Below, piece by piece: positions 50,685-60,938 of a DNA stretch of 64,000 nt. Each line of letters opens with the position of its first letter. Within the stretch, counting starts at the first letter, position 1. The stretch lies in NCBI GenBank assembly GCA_963799485.1, contig CAWCXJ010000008.1:1-64000 (forward strand). The letters are read 5' to 3'. The translations under genes and the position numbers were made by a program. The notes beneath the pieces were generated by a model, which saw only the letters and a program-made list of their open reading frames with translations, made no database searches and was not told the origin of the DNA. The stretch is from an uncultured Trueperaceae bacterium. GTDB lineage: Bacteria > Deinococcota > Deinococci > Deinococcales > Trueperaceae.

Positions 50685-51568
50685 GGTGTCTTCTCGAGTT
50701 TGGGTGAGGTGGGCTCGAGCCAGCCCGATAAATCGCGGCCCAAGTGCTCTTCGACCCAGTGAATTTGCGGTTCGTAGTATGCTTGCAACCGTTCACGCAC
50801 CTCAGGCGGGACGTTTTCGGCGGGTGCGGTGTTGACGCGGCGCTCATCCCCGGTTTGCTCGAGCTTGGCGGGGTCGATCTCTAAAAACTCGGCGACGCGT
50901 TTAAGTTCTGCGCTCGGCTGCGTCACCACGTCGTCGTAAAAGATGTAAAGCCGCTGTTTTGCGGGAAAATGCGCCTCCCAATTGGTCAGTGTCAGCGGGT
51001 AGTCGCCGCGTAACAGTCGCTCGGGGTGCAGCGCGGCCCGCATCAGCCGTTCAACGTCTTCCGGGCTGAGCGCCTCGCCCTGATGCCGCTGCCACGAATA
51101 CCGTAAACCCGACCAGGCGCGCTCAACCGGGTTGCGGATGAGCAAGATGATTCTTACGGCGGGCAGGTGCTGTTTAATCTGACCAACGCGCCCTACCGAA
51201 AGCGTCGAGTAGTCCGGCGTAATTTCACCCTTGACCTTATCTTTGCCGGGCGCAAATTGCTGGCTGTACCAGCGCCAGTGCGCGGGGTTTTCCGGGTCGA
51301 AATAGACCGGGCGCGTCCAGCTTGCGCCGGACACGTCGCACGGCTTGTGTTCGCGGCGTTCGTTGAAAAAGTGCAGCTCTTTAAGCTCAGGCAGGTAAAC
51401 GTCCGGGTGCTGGGAGAGCCGTGAGTGCAGCCAGGTACTCGCCGAACGCGCCGTGCCGATGCCCAAGAAGTCGGGCTTGATGAGCGGCAGGTCGGTGCGG
51501 CGTCCGGCGGCGGCGACCTCAGCGCGAAACTTCTGATTGTAGGCAAACTGTTTAAGGTGTTTTAGCAT
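50681..51568 (-). CDS. PAPS-dependent sulfotransferase
   Basis: GTARSAST, KELHFF, GEITPDY, RNPVERAWS. Confidence 0.88.
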   Translation of the reverse strand: MLKHLKQFAYNQKFRAEVAAAGRRTDLPLIKPDFLGIGTARSASTWLHSRLSQHPDVYLPELKELHFFNERREHKPCDVSGASWTRPVYFDPENPAHWRWYSQQFAPGKDKVKGEITPDYSTLSVGRVGQIKQHLPAVRIILLIRNPVERAWSGLRYSWQRHQGEALSPEDVERLMRAALHPERLLRGDYPLTLTNWEAHFPAKQRLYIFYDDVVTQPSAELKRVAEFLEIDPAKLEQTGDERRVNTAPAENVPPEVRERLQAYYEPQIHWVEEHLGRDLSGWLEPTSPKLEKTP

Positions 51569-51638
51569 AACGGAGCAGGTTCTAAGCCTGAATGCTCACT
51601 ATATCCTGCTTTGGTCAAGTTAAGAACGTCTCAAAAGG

Positions 51639-52970
51639 CTAAGCGGCGCGTTTTCTCAGGGTGTAAACGCCTAAAACCGAGTAGAAGCCGAGCCGTTTGT
51701 AGACGAAATACGACAGCAAAACGTTCCACGCCAGCGTGCCCAGAGCGGTGGCGACGGCGGCACCCGCGAGCCCCAACCTCGGAATGAGGAGCAGGTTGAG
51801 CGCGATGTTGGCAACCGCGCTGATGCCCACCACAAGCGCCGTGTCGCGCTCGTGTCCGGTCATGTTCAAGAGCATGGCGACGGTGCCGGTCGCGGCGTTA
51901 AAAAGCTGCCCGATGCTGAGAATCGTCAGGGTGGTGCGGGCGGCGGCGAACTCAGGGCCGGGGATGGCGAGAAATAGGCCACCCAAAAAGATAAAGGCCA
52001 GGGCAATCGGCAGTGACACGAGCGTGATGGTGCGGGTGCTACGGGCGACGGCGGACTCGAGCTGCCGCTGCTTGTTCTGCGCGTAAAGCCTCGCTAAGAG
52101 CGGCGCAAACGCCGTATTTACGGCGAGCAGTACCATCGCAATAAAGTCGGCCCCGCGTGAGGCGAACTGATAAAGTCCAACGTCGCCGGGTGTGCCAAGT
52201 GCGCCCAGCATCAAGATGCTGGTGCGGGCGTTGAGCACATACATCCCGCTGATGAGCATAAACGGGAGCGCGGTTTTGAGCCAGGAGCGTTCGTAGCTTG
52301 GCTTAGCCTCCGGCGCGTCCCGTAAAACACGGGCGAGCAGATACGCGCCGACTGAAAACGCGACGAGCGTCGCAGTGCAGAGCGCGGCAACCGCCCACGG
52401 CGCAGAAAACTGTAAGGAGAACCGGGGCAGTAAAAACCACGCCGACACGCTGAGGGCGACAATCAGCAGGGGCCGTAAAACCAGTTCGGGCCACTGCCCG
52501 CCGACAATGTGGTCGAAGCCGCGCATGGCGGCCTGCCGTAAAGTTGTCAAAGACATCAGCGGGAGCGCCGCCAAGATGAGGTACAAGCTCAGGCGCAGCG
52601 CGTCCCGGTCTCGAATTGCATACGTGACGAAAACGGCTCCGGCTCCGGCAACGAGGAGCGAAAAGCTCAGGACGGCGAGGTTGCCCCACCGTAAAAAGCC
52701 GTAAAGTTTGTCCCATTTTCCCTGCGCCCGGAAGACCGCGATTTCCCGAACCATAAACCTGTCCATGCCGAGGGCGGTCGGGACAGTCAGAAAGGTGAGC
52801 CACTCGAGCGCCAGCGCGTAGGTGCCGTAACCCTCAACGCCCAAAAGCCGCGCCAGAATCGTAGCGGTAACGAAGGTCAGGCCGGTCGAGACGATGCGGA
52901 GGCCGAAGGTAAAGACCGCGCCGCGCCCGGCACTGTTGGGGCGGTTCAGAAGGGTTTTAAGAGCGACCAT
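51639..52970 (-). CDS. Wzx-like polysaccharide flippase
   Basis: LARLLGVEGYG, multiple TM helices, LNLLLIPRLGLAGAA. Confidence 0.88.
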   Translation of the reverse strand: MVALKTLLNRPNSAGRGAVFTFGLRIVSTGLTFVTATILARLLGVEGYGTYALALEWLTFLTVPTALGMDRFMVREIAVFRAQGKWDKLYGFLRWGNLAVLSFSLLVAGAGAVFVTYAIRDRDALRLSLYLILAALPLMSLTTLRQAAMRGFDHIVGGQWPELVLRPLLIVALSVSAWFLLPRFSLQFSAPWAVAALCTATLVAFSVGAYLLARVLRDAPEAKPSYERSWLKTALPFMLISGMYVLNARTSILMLGALGTPGDVGLYQFASRGADFIAMVLLAVNTAFAPLLARLYAQNKQRQLESAVARSTRTITLVSLPIALAFIFLGGLFLAIPGPEFAAARTTLTILSIGQLFNAATGTVAMLLNMTGHERDTALVVGISAVANIALNLLLIPRLGLAGAAVATALGTLAWNVLLSYFVYKRLGFYSVLGVYTLRKRAA

Positions 52971-53073
52971 AAAAACGGTGCATCATAACGCGAAATCCTT
53001 TGTGGCGCACGGTTGGGCTAGAAGTGCTGAACCGGGTAAAAGATTCGTGCTGAACGCGCTGTACGTCTCGATT

Positions 53074-54411
53074 CTAGCGGGGGTTTTTGTCACACCGCTG
53101 TTTTTCTAGCAACGGCAGCTCGAGCGTAAACACCGCGCCCCCCTCACGCCGGTTTTGCGCTGCCAGAGTGCCCCCGTGCCACACCGCAATGCTCCGAGCG
53201 AGCGCCAGCCCCAACCCGCTGCCTGACTGCCGGTGACGCACGTCCGCCTGATAAAACCGTTCAAAAAGGTGCCCCAGCGCTTCTGCCGGAATCCCCGGCC
53301 CGCTGTCCCAGACGTAGAGACGGGCTACAGCGTCCTGTCTTTCGACCGTAACGCCGACCTGTCCGGTATCGGTGAATTTAAGCGCATTCTCCAGCAGATT
53401 ACGGATGAGTAAGCCCAGCGCTACCCGGTCGCCCGCAACCGGCACCTCGTCCGGGAGGTTTAGCTCGAGCCCCAAGCCTTTTCCCTGAAATAAAGGCCGC
53501 AGCAACTCGCTCACCTCGAAGGCGATTTCGTCGAGCAGGGCGGGTTCTAAATGAAAGCCCTGACCGGCGTCGGTGCGGGCCAATAAGAGCAGCTTTTCAA
53601 CAAGTCCCAGCAGTTCATCGCTAGCGACTAGGGCGGCATTTAGTGAAGCCTGCACCTTGCTCCCCTGAGATTTTTCTACGGCTTGCTCGAGCCGCCCCCG
53701 TAAAACCGTCAGCGGTGTGCGGAGTTCGTGGGCGGCGTCGGCGGTAAACCGGCGTTCGCTCTCGATCACGTCGGCGAGGGTCGCCAACAGGGTGTTGGTC
53801 GCCTGCGACAAGCGCCACAGTTCGTCTTGGTTGTTCGGTTCCGGCAAGCGCTCGCCCCACGCCCGCCGGGTGGCTAAGGCGAGCGCCGCGTCCGTCATAT
53901 GACGCACCGGCGTCAGGGCCTGACCGGAAAAAACGTAGCCCAACCCGAACGCCAAAAGCACGGCGAGGGGTGCCAAAACCGCAAAGCTGAGGTCGAAACG
54001 GCGCACACTCTCCGTGATGCTGCGCGTGTCTTGCAGGATCTGCAAGGTGACGCCCTGAAGGGATTCGCTCCACACCCGCCACTCCCCTTGCGTCGACAAA
54101 CCCGCTGCTATACGGGGCAGAGGCGTCGGTACGCGCCCCAAACTGTCGAGTACCTGTCCGTTCGCGCCGACCAAGACGGCGACCAAATCTGCTGAAAGTT
54201 GTGGTATAACGTCGTTTTCGGGGCGCAATTTGAGCACGCTGTCTTCTTGTTCGATAAATCCTGAGAGCAAACTCGCGGCTTGTTGCAGATTTTCGTCGAG
54301 GCTGCGGTAGAGACCCCTGGCGAGCAGAAGATGCAAGCCCACGCCACTTACTGCCAGAACAAGTGCGACCAGCAGCGTATAAAAAAGGGTCAGACGGAGC
54401 CGAAGCGTCAC
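53074..54411 (-). CDS. Sensor histidine kinase
   Basis: HAMP domain, AAHELRTP, NLLENA, DSGPG, GSGLGL. Confidence 0.93.
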   Translation of the reverse strand: MTLRLRLTLFYTLLVALVLAVSGVGLHLLLARGLYRSLDENLQQAASLLSGFIEQEDSVLKLRPENDVIPQLSADLVAVLVGANGQVLDSLGRVPTPLPRIAAGLSTQGEWRVWSESLQGVTLQILQDTRSITESVRRFDLSFAVLAPLAVLLAFGLGYVFSGQALTPVRHMTDAALALATRRAWGERLPEPNNQDELWRLSQATNTLLATLADVIESERRFTADAAHELRTPLTVLRGRLEQAVEKSQGSKVQASLNAALVASDELLGLVEKLLLLARTDAGQGFHLEPALLDEIAFEVSELLRPLFQGKGLGLELNLPDEVPVAGDRVALGLLIRNLLENALKFTDTGQVGVTVERQDAVARLYVWDSGPGIPAEALGHLFERFYQADVRHRQSGSGLGLALARSIAVWHGGTLAAQNRREGGAVFTLELPLLEKQRCDKNPR

Positions 54412-54413
54412 CC

Positions 54414-55070
54414 TCAGCCCCGAAACCTGTAACCCAGGTTTCGCACCGTTTCGATGGCGTCGTCGCCGAGTTTGCGCCGCAGGTAGCGGATGTAGGTATC
54501 GACCGTGCGCGGGTCGATGCTGGTGTCACCGGGCCAGACGTGCTCCAAAAGCGTGTCGCGGGTGTAGTAGCCCCCTGCGTTGAGGGCTAAAAACTCGAGC
54601 ACCGCAAACTCTCGCCCCGACAAGCGCACCTCGTTACCGGCAAACCAGACCCGTTTTTGCGCGACCTCGAGCGCGAGCCGTCCGACCGTGACCTGATTGC
54701 TGGCTTCACCTTGTGAGCGCCGCAGCAGCGCCCGGACACGCGCCCGCAGTTCAGTGAGATGAAAGGGCTTAACCAGATAATCGTCCGCACCGAGCTCGAG
54801 CCCCTTCACCCGGTCGTCAACGCCGTCACGGGCCGTCAGCATCAACACCGGCACCTTTTGCCCCCCACCCCGCAACCGCTCGATGATTTCAAAGCCGTTG
54901 TAACCGGGCAGCATCAGGTCGAGGACTACGAGGTCGTAGGGAAAACTCGCCAGCAGTTCCAGCGCTTCGTCGCCGTCTTGTGCCCAGTCGAGCGCGTAAC
55001 CCTGGTCGCGCAAATCGTCGCACACGAGGTCGCCGACGCCCCGGTCGTCTTCAACGACGAGTACGCGCAT
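54414..55070 (-). CDS. OmpR-family response regulator
   Basis: VVEDD, LDLMLP, GADDYLVKPF, winged helix. Confidence 0.95.
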   Translation of the reverse strand: MRVLVVEDDRGVGDLVCDDLRDQGYALDWAQDGDEALELLASFPYDLVVLDLMLPGYNGFEIIERLRGGGQKVPVLMLTARDGVDDRVKGLELGADDYLVKPFHLTELRARVRALLRRSQGEASNQVTVGRLALEVAQKRVWFAGNEVRLSGREFAVLEFLALNAGGYYTRDTLLEHVWPGDTSIDPRTVDTYIRYLRRKLGDDAIETVRNLGYRFRG

Positions 55071-55701
55071 AGACGAGGTTCACCCCCAACACCCACGCCG
55101 CCGAGAGCGCCCAGCCTGCCAAAACGTCCGACGGGTAGTGGACTTGGAGGACAAGTCGTGAAAGCCCGATACCGAGGGTGAAGAGTGCGCCGAGTACCCC
55201 GGCAAGCCAGCGCCAGCGGGGAAACAGTTTTGCAACCAGCAGATAGACCGCCAGGAAAAACGCTGCACTCCCCATCGCGTGCCCGCTCGGAAACGAATAG
55301 CCCGGTGCCGGGGTGAGCTGCTCGAAGAGTGCGGGCCGAACTCGAGCAAAAAAGAGCTTGAACAGCACGTTTAAGAGCATCGCCCCGCCCAGACCCACAG
55401 CTAGAAAGACGGCGGCCCCGCGCTCACGCGCCCGCCACCAGAGCAGCACCACCGCCGCCACTGCCACCGCGCCCAGCACCGGCGGTGAACCAAAATCGGT
55501 AAAGGCTCGAGCCGTGCCGATCAGGAGCGGGGACGCGTGCGTGCCGAACCAGTTCAAGATGGGTTGGTCGAAAAAAAACCCCTCTTTCTCGTAGACTTCA
55601 CTGGCAAACTGACCAAATAAAAAAAGCGCCGCCAGCAACACCCCCCAATAGATCAGGAGCGAACCGCGCAGGTCGGGGAGATATTTTCGTAGTGTCGTCA
55701 T
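55051..55701 (-). CDS. PAP2 phosphatase
   Basis: K..RVRP, SFPSGH, SRLVLQVHYPSD. Confidence 0.92.
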   Translation of the reverse strand: MTTLRKYLPDLRGSLLIYWGVLLAALFLFGQFASEVYEKEGFFFDQPILNWFGTHASPLLIGTARAFTDFGSPPVLGAVAVAAVVLLWWRARERGAAVFLAVGLGGAMLLNVLFKLFFARVRPALFEQLTPAPGYSFPSGHAMGSAAFFLAVYLLVAKLFPRWRWLAGVLGALFTLGIGLSRLVLQVHYPSDVLAGWALSAAWVLGVNLVYARTRR

Positions 55702-55855
55702 GTCAACCCTCGGTTCTAAGTCAAATTTGACTCAAATTTAAGGCAAAGTCGCGTTCGACTTTTGACTCAGAGACACCCTACAGCGCCAATGTTAAACGAA
55801 TGTTGGCGGCCGACCGGCGCCTCGAGCCGTTTCTTTTGTATCCGCGCTGTTCACG

Positions 55856-56647
55856 CTAGGGCCAGCCGAAAACCAGCAAGATGACGGTACCTGCGACGAT
55901 GCGGTAGACCGCGAAGCCTCTGAAGTCGTGTTTGGCAATGTAGCGCAAAAGCCAGCCGATAGCAAGGAGCGCCGTGATAAACGAAACGACCAGACCGACG
56001 GCGAGGTTGGTCAAGCCCGCGCCGCTGATACTGCCGATATCTTTGAGCAGCGAATACAGAGTCGCTGCGCCGAGGGTCGGCATCGCCAGATAAAACGAAA
56101 AACTCGTCGCTGCCGGACGCGTCAAACCGCTCAGCATTCCGCCGACGATGGTCGCGCCCGAGCGCGAGACGCCGGGAACGAGAGCCGTAAGCTGCGCCAA
56201 ACCGACAATCAGTGCTTGGCGCAGCGTAATTTGAGACGCGTCTTGCGTAGTCGGCTTTTTGGGAATCATTTCGACTACCCAGAGGACGATACCCCCGACA
56301 ATCAGCGACACGGCGACGACCTGCGGCGAAAACAAAACGCGTTCGATGTAGTTGCTCAGCAGCAAGCCGACGACGGCAGCAGGGATAAAGGCCAGTACAA
56401 TGCCCAGCCAGAAACGCCGAACGCTGCGGTCGTGTGGCAGTTGCCGAGCCTGCCCCAGTAACGCCTGCCGGTAAAACCAGACGACGGCGAAAACCGCGCC
56501 CAGCTGAATGATGATTTCAAACGCCGCTGCTGAATTAAACCTCAGCAGGTCGGCGGCGACGATAAGGTGTCCGGTCGATGAAATCGGCAAGAACTCGGTA
56601 ACGCCCTCGACGATACCGAGCACAGCTGCAGCTAAGGGGTTGGTCAT
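55856..56647 (-). CDS. uppP: Undecaprenyl-diphosphatase
   Basis: EGVTEFLPISSTGH, PGVSRSGAT. Confidence 0.95.
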   Translation of the reverse strand: MTNPLAAAVLGIVEGVTEFLPISSTGHLIVAADLLRFNSAAAFEIIIQLGAVFAVVWFYRQALLGQARQLPHDRSVRRFWLGIVLAFIPAAVVGLLLSNYIERVLFSPQVVAVSLIVGGIVLWVVEMIPKKPTTQDASQITLRQALIVGLAQLTALVPGVSRSGATIVGGMLSGLTRPAATSFSFYLAMPTLGAATLYSLLKDIGSISGAGLTNLAVGLVVSFITALLAIGWLLRYIAKHDFRGFAVYRIVAGTVILLVFGWP

Positions 56648-56843
56648 CAATACCTTTCTGTGTTTACGATGAGGTGGTGGGCCGGGTTCGGCCTCAACTA
56701 CGAACGGACAATACGCGTCGGCAGCCAGTGCCGCCGGGGAGCTGTAGAGTCGTTTGACCTTCAATACGAACGGACAGTACGAACGGAGGCCACGTTACTT
56801 AAGCTTGGGTATAACACGCCACCGACTCGAGGCCCACCAAAGT

Positions 56844-56875
56844 CGGCTCGCCCGTTGGTACCAACGGGCGAGCCG
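56844..56875. repeat. Perfect 32-bp palindrome
   Basis: cggctcgcccgttggtaccaacgggcgagccg. Confidence 0.8.
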
Positions 56876-56908
56876 TACCGAAGGTGGTTGTGCCGCCAGG
56901 TTTTACTG

Positions 56909-59575
56909 CTAAAGGTCGCGGAGTGCCTGTACGACCGGTTTGCGCGCCGTGACGCGGGCGCTGAGAATAGCCAGTACGGTTGCTGCCGCTGCTGCGCTTA
57001 TCAGCTCGAGCAGGTACAGCCACGGCACGGAGAGCGCTTCGGGGGGCGGATCGAACACGCCGGTCAAGACCTTGACGAGCATCTCGGCGACGCCGAAACC
57101 CGTCAGCAACCCGACGACCGCGCCGCTTAGCAGCACAAACAACCCTTCACTCCACAAGAACGCGCCGAGTTGCGCCGACTTTGCGCCGAGCGCGCTCAGG
57201 ATGGCAAAGGTGCGCCGCCGTTCAGCCAAACCGAGCGCCAGTACCAGCCCGGAAGCCGCTGCCAGCAGGACAAAGGCGAAGGTCAGCTCGAGCCGGGTCA
57301 GCCCTTTAAGGTCGACGGCGGTGAGGCTCGAGCTGATTAACGTTTGTGCCTGCGTGAGGCTCGAGACTTTCGCACCGGGCAGTGAACGAACAAGGGGCGC
57401 TGCCGCCTTGACAACACCTGCTGCATTTTGCGTCTTGAGCAGTACGACCTCAGCCGCACCTCTACCCGTCTGCTGCGCGATATAGCCCGCGTTGGCGACC
57501 AGAAACGAATCTTTGGGCGCAGTTGGAAACTCTCTAGCGACCCCGACGAAGGTAAAGGGAACAGTGTGGTACTTGTTATCTTTGGCATTTTGCAAACGCA
57601 GGTTGATGCGGTCGCCGACCTGCAGCTGAAAATCCCGGACGGTCTCTTCGGAAACCAAAACACCGTCCGGATTGCTGCTGAGCGCCCCCAAGGTAGCCTG
57701 CGCGTCGCCGCCCTTAAAGTAGGCGTTTGACATCACCGTCGCCGCACCGATGTGGTTTGGGTTGATGCCGTAAAGGTCTTGCAGGTCGTTGCCGACGTAG
57801 GCGAAACGGTGTTGCATGGGCGCGGCGGCCTGGACGCCGGGGAGCGCGGCAAAGGCCGCAAGTTTTGTGCCTGCCGGTGCTGCCGTCGTGCCAGTAACGG
57901 TGACATCTGCACCGTTGGTCAGCAGCGCGTCGACCCTGGACTGCCCGTTATAGGTCGTGTTAAAAACCGCCGTGGACGCCGCAAATGAGAAGGCTAGTGC
58001 GACCAGCACCACGCCGCCGGCGACGCGCCGCCGTTGCCGCCCCAAAGAGGCTGCGACAGTGCCGGAGAGCTGGCGCGCCACCGGACGAAGGAGACCGGCT
58101 AGAAGGTACGAACCCCGACTTAACAGCAGATTCCACAGGCGGAGGGTGAGCAGTCCTGCGCCGAGCCACAAAAAGACCGGCGCGATAAACGCCGTGTAAT
58201 TGACCGAAGTCTGCGCGACCCCCTCGGGAGCCAGCACCACCTGATACCCACTCTTCGCCGTTTGCCAGAACACCACCCCTGCGAGTGCCAGAAAGAGCAC
58301 GTCGAGGTAGAGGCGTTCCCAGAGCGGAGAGGCGGCGTGACCGACAACCGCTCTGGCTGACGCGACCGTCTCACCCCGGAGCGCCCGCCAAGCCGGCAGC
58401 ATCACGGCAGCGGCGGCCAGCAAGAAACCGACCAGTGCGGCGGCGACGAGCCAAACACCGACACCTGCAGCTGTCCCTAAGTTCGTTCCGAGAAGCGCCC
58501 ACGACGCTGCAAACGCGAGTAAAAAACCGAGTACGATGCCCGTTACACCTACCGCCAGGGCTTCAAACCCCGCCAGCCGTAAAAGTTGCGGGCTCGAGGC
58601 TCCCCGCGTCCGTAACAGCGCCTGTTCCTGACGTCGCCGCGCCTGACCCGAAGCGGTTACTGCCAGCGTCAACAGCGCCGCGAGCAGCGCGCCCGGTGTG
58701 CCTAAAAAGAGAAACAGCACGCGGGCGTAGAGGGCGTCGCCGCGCGCACCGTCTAACCGGGCTGCCAGATTGTCGGCAACCGAACCGTTTCCGGCGATGC
58801 GGGCCTCGAGGTTTTTCGCGCGTCCCGTTACGTCCAGATAAGCCGCGCCCGGGTCGTTCGGCAGCGCGCCGCGACCAAGCCGCACGTGCAGCTGCGTCCG
58901 CACCGAGTCGGGCCTGACCTTGGCTTGCGGGTCAAAAAGGGTGCGCCACTGCGCCGCCGGGAGCAGCACCACGTTGTCCGGGGGTGCTTGCGGGGCGCTG
59001 CCGGGCGGGACGCCGACGGCTTGAAACATCGAATCGGCGTTGGGAAGTTCGACGACGCCTGCCACCTTGACCTGAACCGGCGGCAGTCCCACACGCATGA
59101 TTTTTACCGTGTCACCGACGGTGACGTGCAAATTCGCCGCCGTCTGCTGCGCGACCAGAGCGCCCTGAAGCGAGCCGACGAGCGAACGCACCTGACCGGG
59201 AAACTTGGCGAAGTAAGCTTGCGGCAACCCCAAGACCTTACCCGGCCCGGTTGTTTGCACGGTGGTCTGTGCAGCGCCGCCTGTTTGGGCCTCGAGCCCG
59301 GCAGTCTGGGCGTAGCCGACCTGCGCGGTAGTCTGTACGGGGGTCGCCTGCTGAAGTGCCGTGAGTACCGTTTTGGGCGCAGTTCCCGGCGTGAGCTGAA
59401 CTTGCCAGTCGACCGGGACGGTCGCCACCGCCCGCCGCGTCATGCTCGCCGAACCGGAGACGATAAACGCCGCCAAGGACATCAGTAGTGCGACGGTCAG
59501 CGCAATCCCGGTCACGGTACCGAAAAGCCGCACCGGACGGCGTTTTAAGAGCCCTTTAAGCCATAACCGGGTCAT
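56909..59575 (-). CDS. ABC permease with duplicated FtsX/MacB domains
   Basis: RRQEQALLRTRGAS and ERRRTFAILSALGA motifs. Confidence 0.9.
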   Translation of the reverse strand: MTRLWLKGLLKRRPVRLFGTVTGIALTVALLMSLAAFIVSGSASMTRRAVATVPVDWQVQLTPGTAPKTVLTALQQATPVQTTAQVGYAQTAGLEAQTGGAAQTTVQTTGPGKVLGLPQAYFAKFPGQVRSLVGSLQGALVAQQTAANLHVTVGDTVKIMRVGLPPVQVKVAGVVELPNADSMFQAVGVPPGSAPQAPPDNVVLLPAAQWRTLFDPQAKVRPDSVRTQLHVRLGRGALPNDPGAAYLDVTGRAKNLEARIAGNGSVADNLAARLDGARGDALYARVLFLFLGTPGALLAALLTLAVTASGQARRRQEQALLRTRGASSPQLLRLAGFEALAVGVTGIVLGFLLAFAASWALLGTNLGTAAGVGVWLVAAALVGFLLAAAAVMLPAWRALRGETVASARAVVGHAASPLWERLYLDVLFLALAGVVFWQTAKSGYQVVLAPEGVAQTSVNYTAFIAPVFLWLGAGLLTLRLWNLLLSRGSYLLAGLLRPVARQLSGTVAASLGRQRRRVAGGVVLVALAFSFAASTAVFNTTYNGQSRVDALLTNGADVTVTGTTAAPAGTKLAAFAALPGVQAAAPMQHRFAYVGNDLQDLYGINPNHIGAATVMSNAYFKGGDAQATLGALSSNPDGVLVSEETVRDFQLQVGDRINLRLQNAKDNKYHTVPFTFVGVAREFPTAPKDSFLVANAGYIAQQTGRGAAEVVLLKTQNAAGVVKAAAPLVRSLPGAKVSSLTQAQTLISSSLTAVDLKGLTRLELTFAFVLLAAASGLVLALGLAERRRTFAILSALGAKSAQLGAFLWSEGLFVLLSGAVVGLLTGFGVAEMLVKVLTGVFDPPPEALSVPWLYLLELISAAAAATVLAILSARVTARKPVVQALRDL

Positions 59576-60270
59576 GCTGAGACCGCCTCTCGTTGAAACT
59601 CGTGCAGGGCGGGCTCGAGCCTGCCAAACCGCATGTGCCACACCTCACGCAACCTGTCGACCACCCGCATATCGTGGGTTGCTACGACAAGTGCTGTGTC
59701 GGTTCCCTCAAGCGCCCTCAACCACACATCGAAGAGGTGCGCGGCGGTCGGCCCGTCGAGCTGCCCGGTGGGTTCGTCGGCCAAGATGAGTTTGGGGCTG
59801 TAGGCGAGCGCCCGCGCGACCCCGACCCGCTGCGCCTGCCCGCCGGAGAGTTCTTCGGGCAATTTGTCGGCGAGGGGGGCTAGCTCAAGACGGCCCAACA
59901 CTGCCAGAGCCGCCGAACGAGCGTCGCCCTTACCCGCCAAAATAAGGGGTAGCTCGACATTTTCCACAACGCTCAAAGAAGGAACCAAACTGGGCGTTTG
60001 AAAGACAAAGGCGACTTGTTCAGGGCGCAGCTGCGCGCGCGACCCGAGCGCGGGCCAGGTGACGGTGCCGGAGGTAGGCGTCTCGAGCCCTCCCATCAGG
60101 TGCAAAAGCGTGGATTTACCGCTTCCCGAAGGGCCGACGAGCGCAATCCGCGCACCGGGATACACATCACACGTTGCCGACGCGAGCGCCGTAACGGGTT
60201 CGTGACCCTGCGCGTAGACCCTGCTTGCCTGCCGAACGGAAACGAGAGGTTTCGTCATAAGGCTAGTCAT
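59572..60270 (-). CDS. ABC ATP-binding protein (LolD-like)
   Basis: GPSGSGKS, LSGGQ, ADEPTG. Confidence 0.93.
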   Translation of the reverse strand: MTSLMTKPLVSVRQASRVYAQGHEPVTALASATCDVYPGARIALVGPSGSGKSTLLHLMGGLETPTSGTVTWPALGSRAQLRPEQVAFVFQTPSLVPSLSVVENVELPLILAGKGDARSAALAVLGRLELAPLADKLPEELSGGQAQRVGVARALAYSPKLILADEPTGQLDGPTAAHLFDVWLRALEGTDTALVVATHDMRVVDRLREVWHMRFGRLEPALHEFQREAVSA

Positions 60271-60937
60271 AGGAGATGCTCCCATCGCTCAGCTGAACGG
60301 TGCGGTCGGCGTGCGCCGCCAGCGCCGGACTGTGCGTGGCAATCAGCGCGGCGTAGCCCTGCTGCCTGCGAGCCTCGAGCATGTCCAGCAACAAGGCTTC
60401 GGTTTCGGCGTCTACCTCGCCGGTCGGTTCGTCGGCCAAGAGTACCGCAGGGTCGGCGGCAAGCGCGACGGCAAGTCCTGCCCGCGCCGTTTCGCCGCCT
60501 GAGAGTTCGGCGGGGTAGGCCGTGCGGCGACCTGTTAGCCCTACCGCCTCCAAAAGCTCAGTGATACGTGCTTGGCTGGGTTTGTGGGCGAGTTGCAAAG
60601 ACATCATCACGTTTTCTTCAACGTTGAGATGCCCGAGCAGGTTGCCGGACTGGAGCAAAATCCCGATGTGCTCGGCTCGCAATCCGGCCCGCACGGTTTC
60701 GGGGCGGCGCGTCAAACGTTCGCCCAGCAGCTCGACGTGACCCCCGTCGGGCTCATCAAGCCCCGCCAGACACGCCAGTAGCGTCGATTTGCCGCTACCG
60801 GACGGCCCCATCACTGCGACGGTTTCACCTCGGCGCAACTCCATACTTACACCGCGCAGCGCGAGCGTTTCCGCTTCAGGCGTGTGAAAAAAACGGTAGA
60901 GGTCGTGCGCTGCCAGAACGGTTCTTTGGGTGTCCAT
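60263..60937 (-). CDS. ABC ATP-binding protein (LolD-like)
   Basis: GPSGSGKS, LSGGE, ADEPTG. Confidence 0.93.
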   Translation of the reverse strand: MDTQRTVLAAHDLYRFFHTPEAETLALRGVSMELRRGETVAVMGPSGSGKSTLLACLAGLDEPDGGHVELLGERLTRRPETVRAGLRAEHIGILLQSGNLLGHLNVEENVMMSLQLAHKPSQARITELLEAVGLTGRRTAYPAELSGGETARAGLAVALAADPAVLLADEPTGEVDAETEALLLDMLEARRQQGYAALIATHSPALAAHADRTVQLSDGSISYD

Positions 60938-60938
60938 C

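Noticed and set aside
56735..56765. yybP-ykoY riboswitch
   Set aside because: The GGGGAG..GACC stretch is too short and on the strand opposite to uppP
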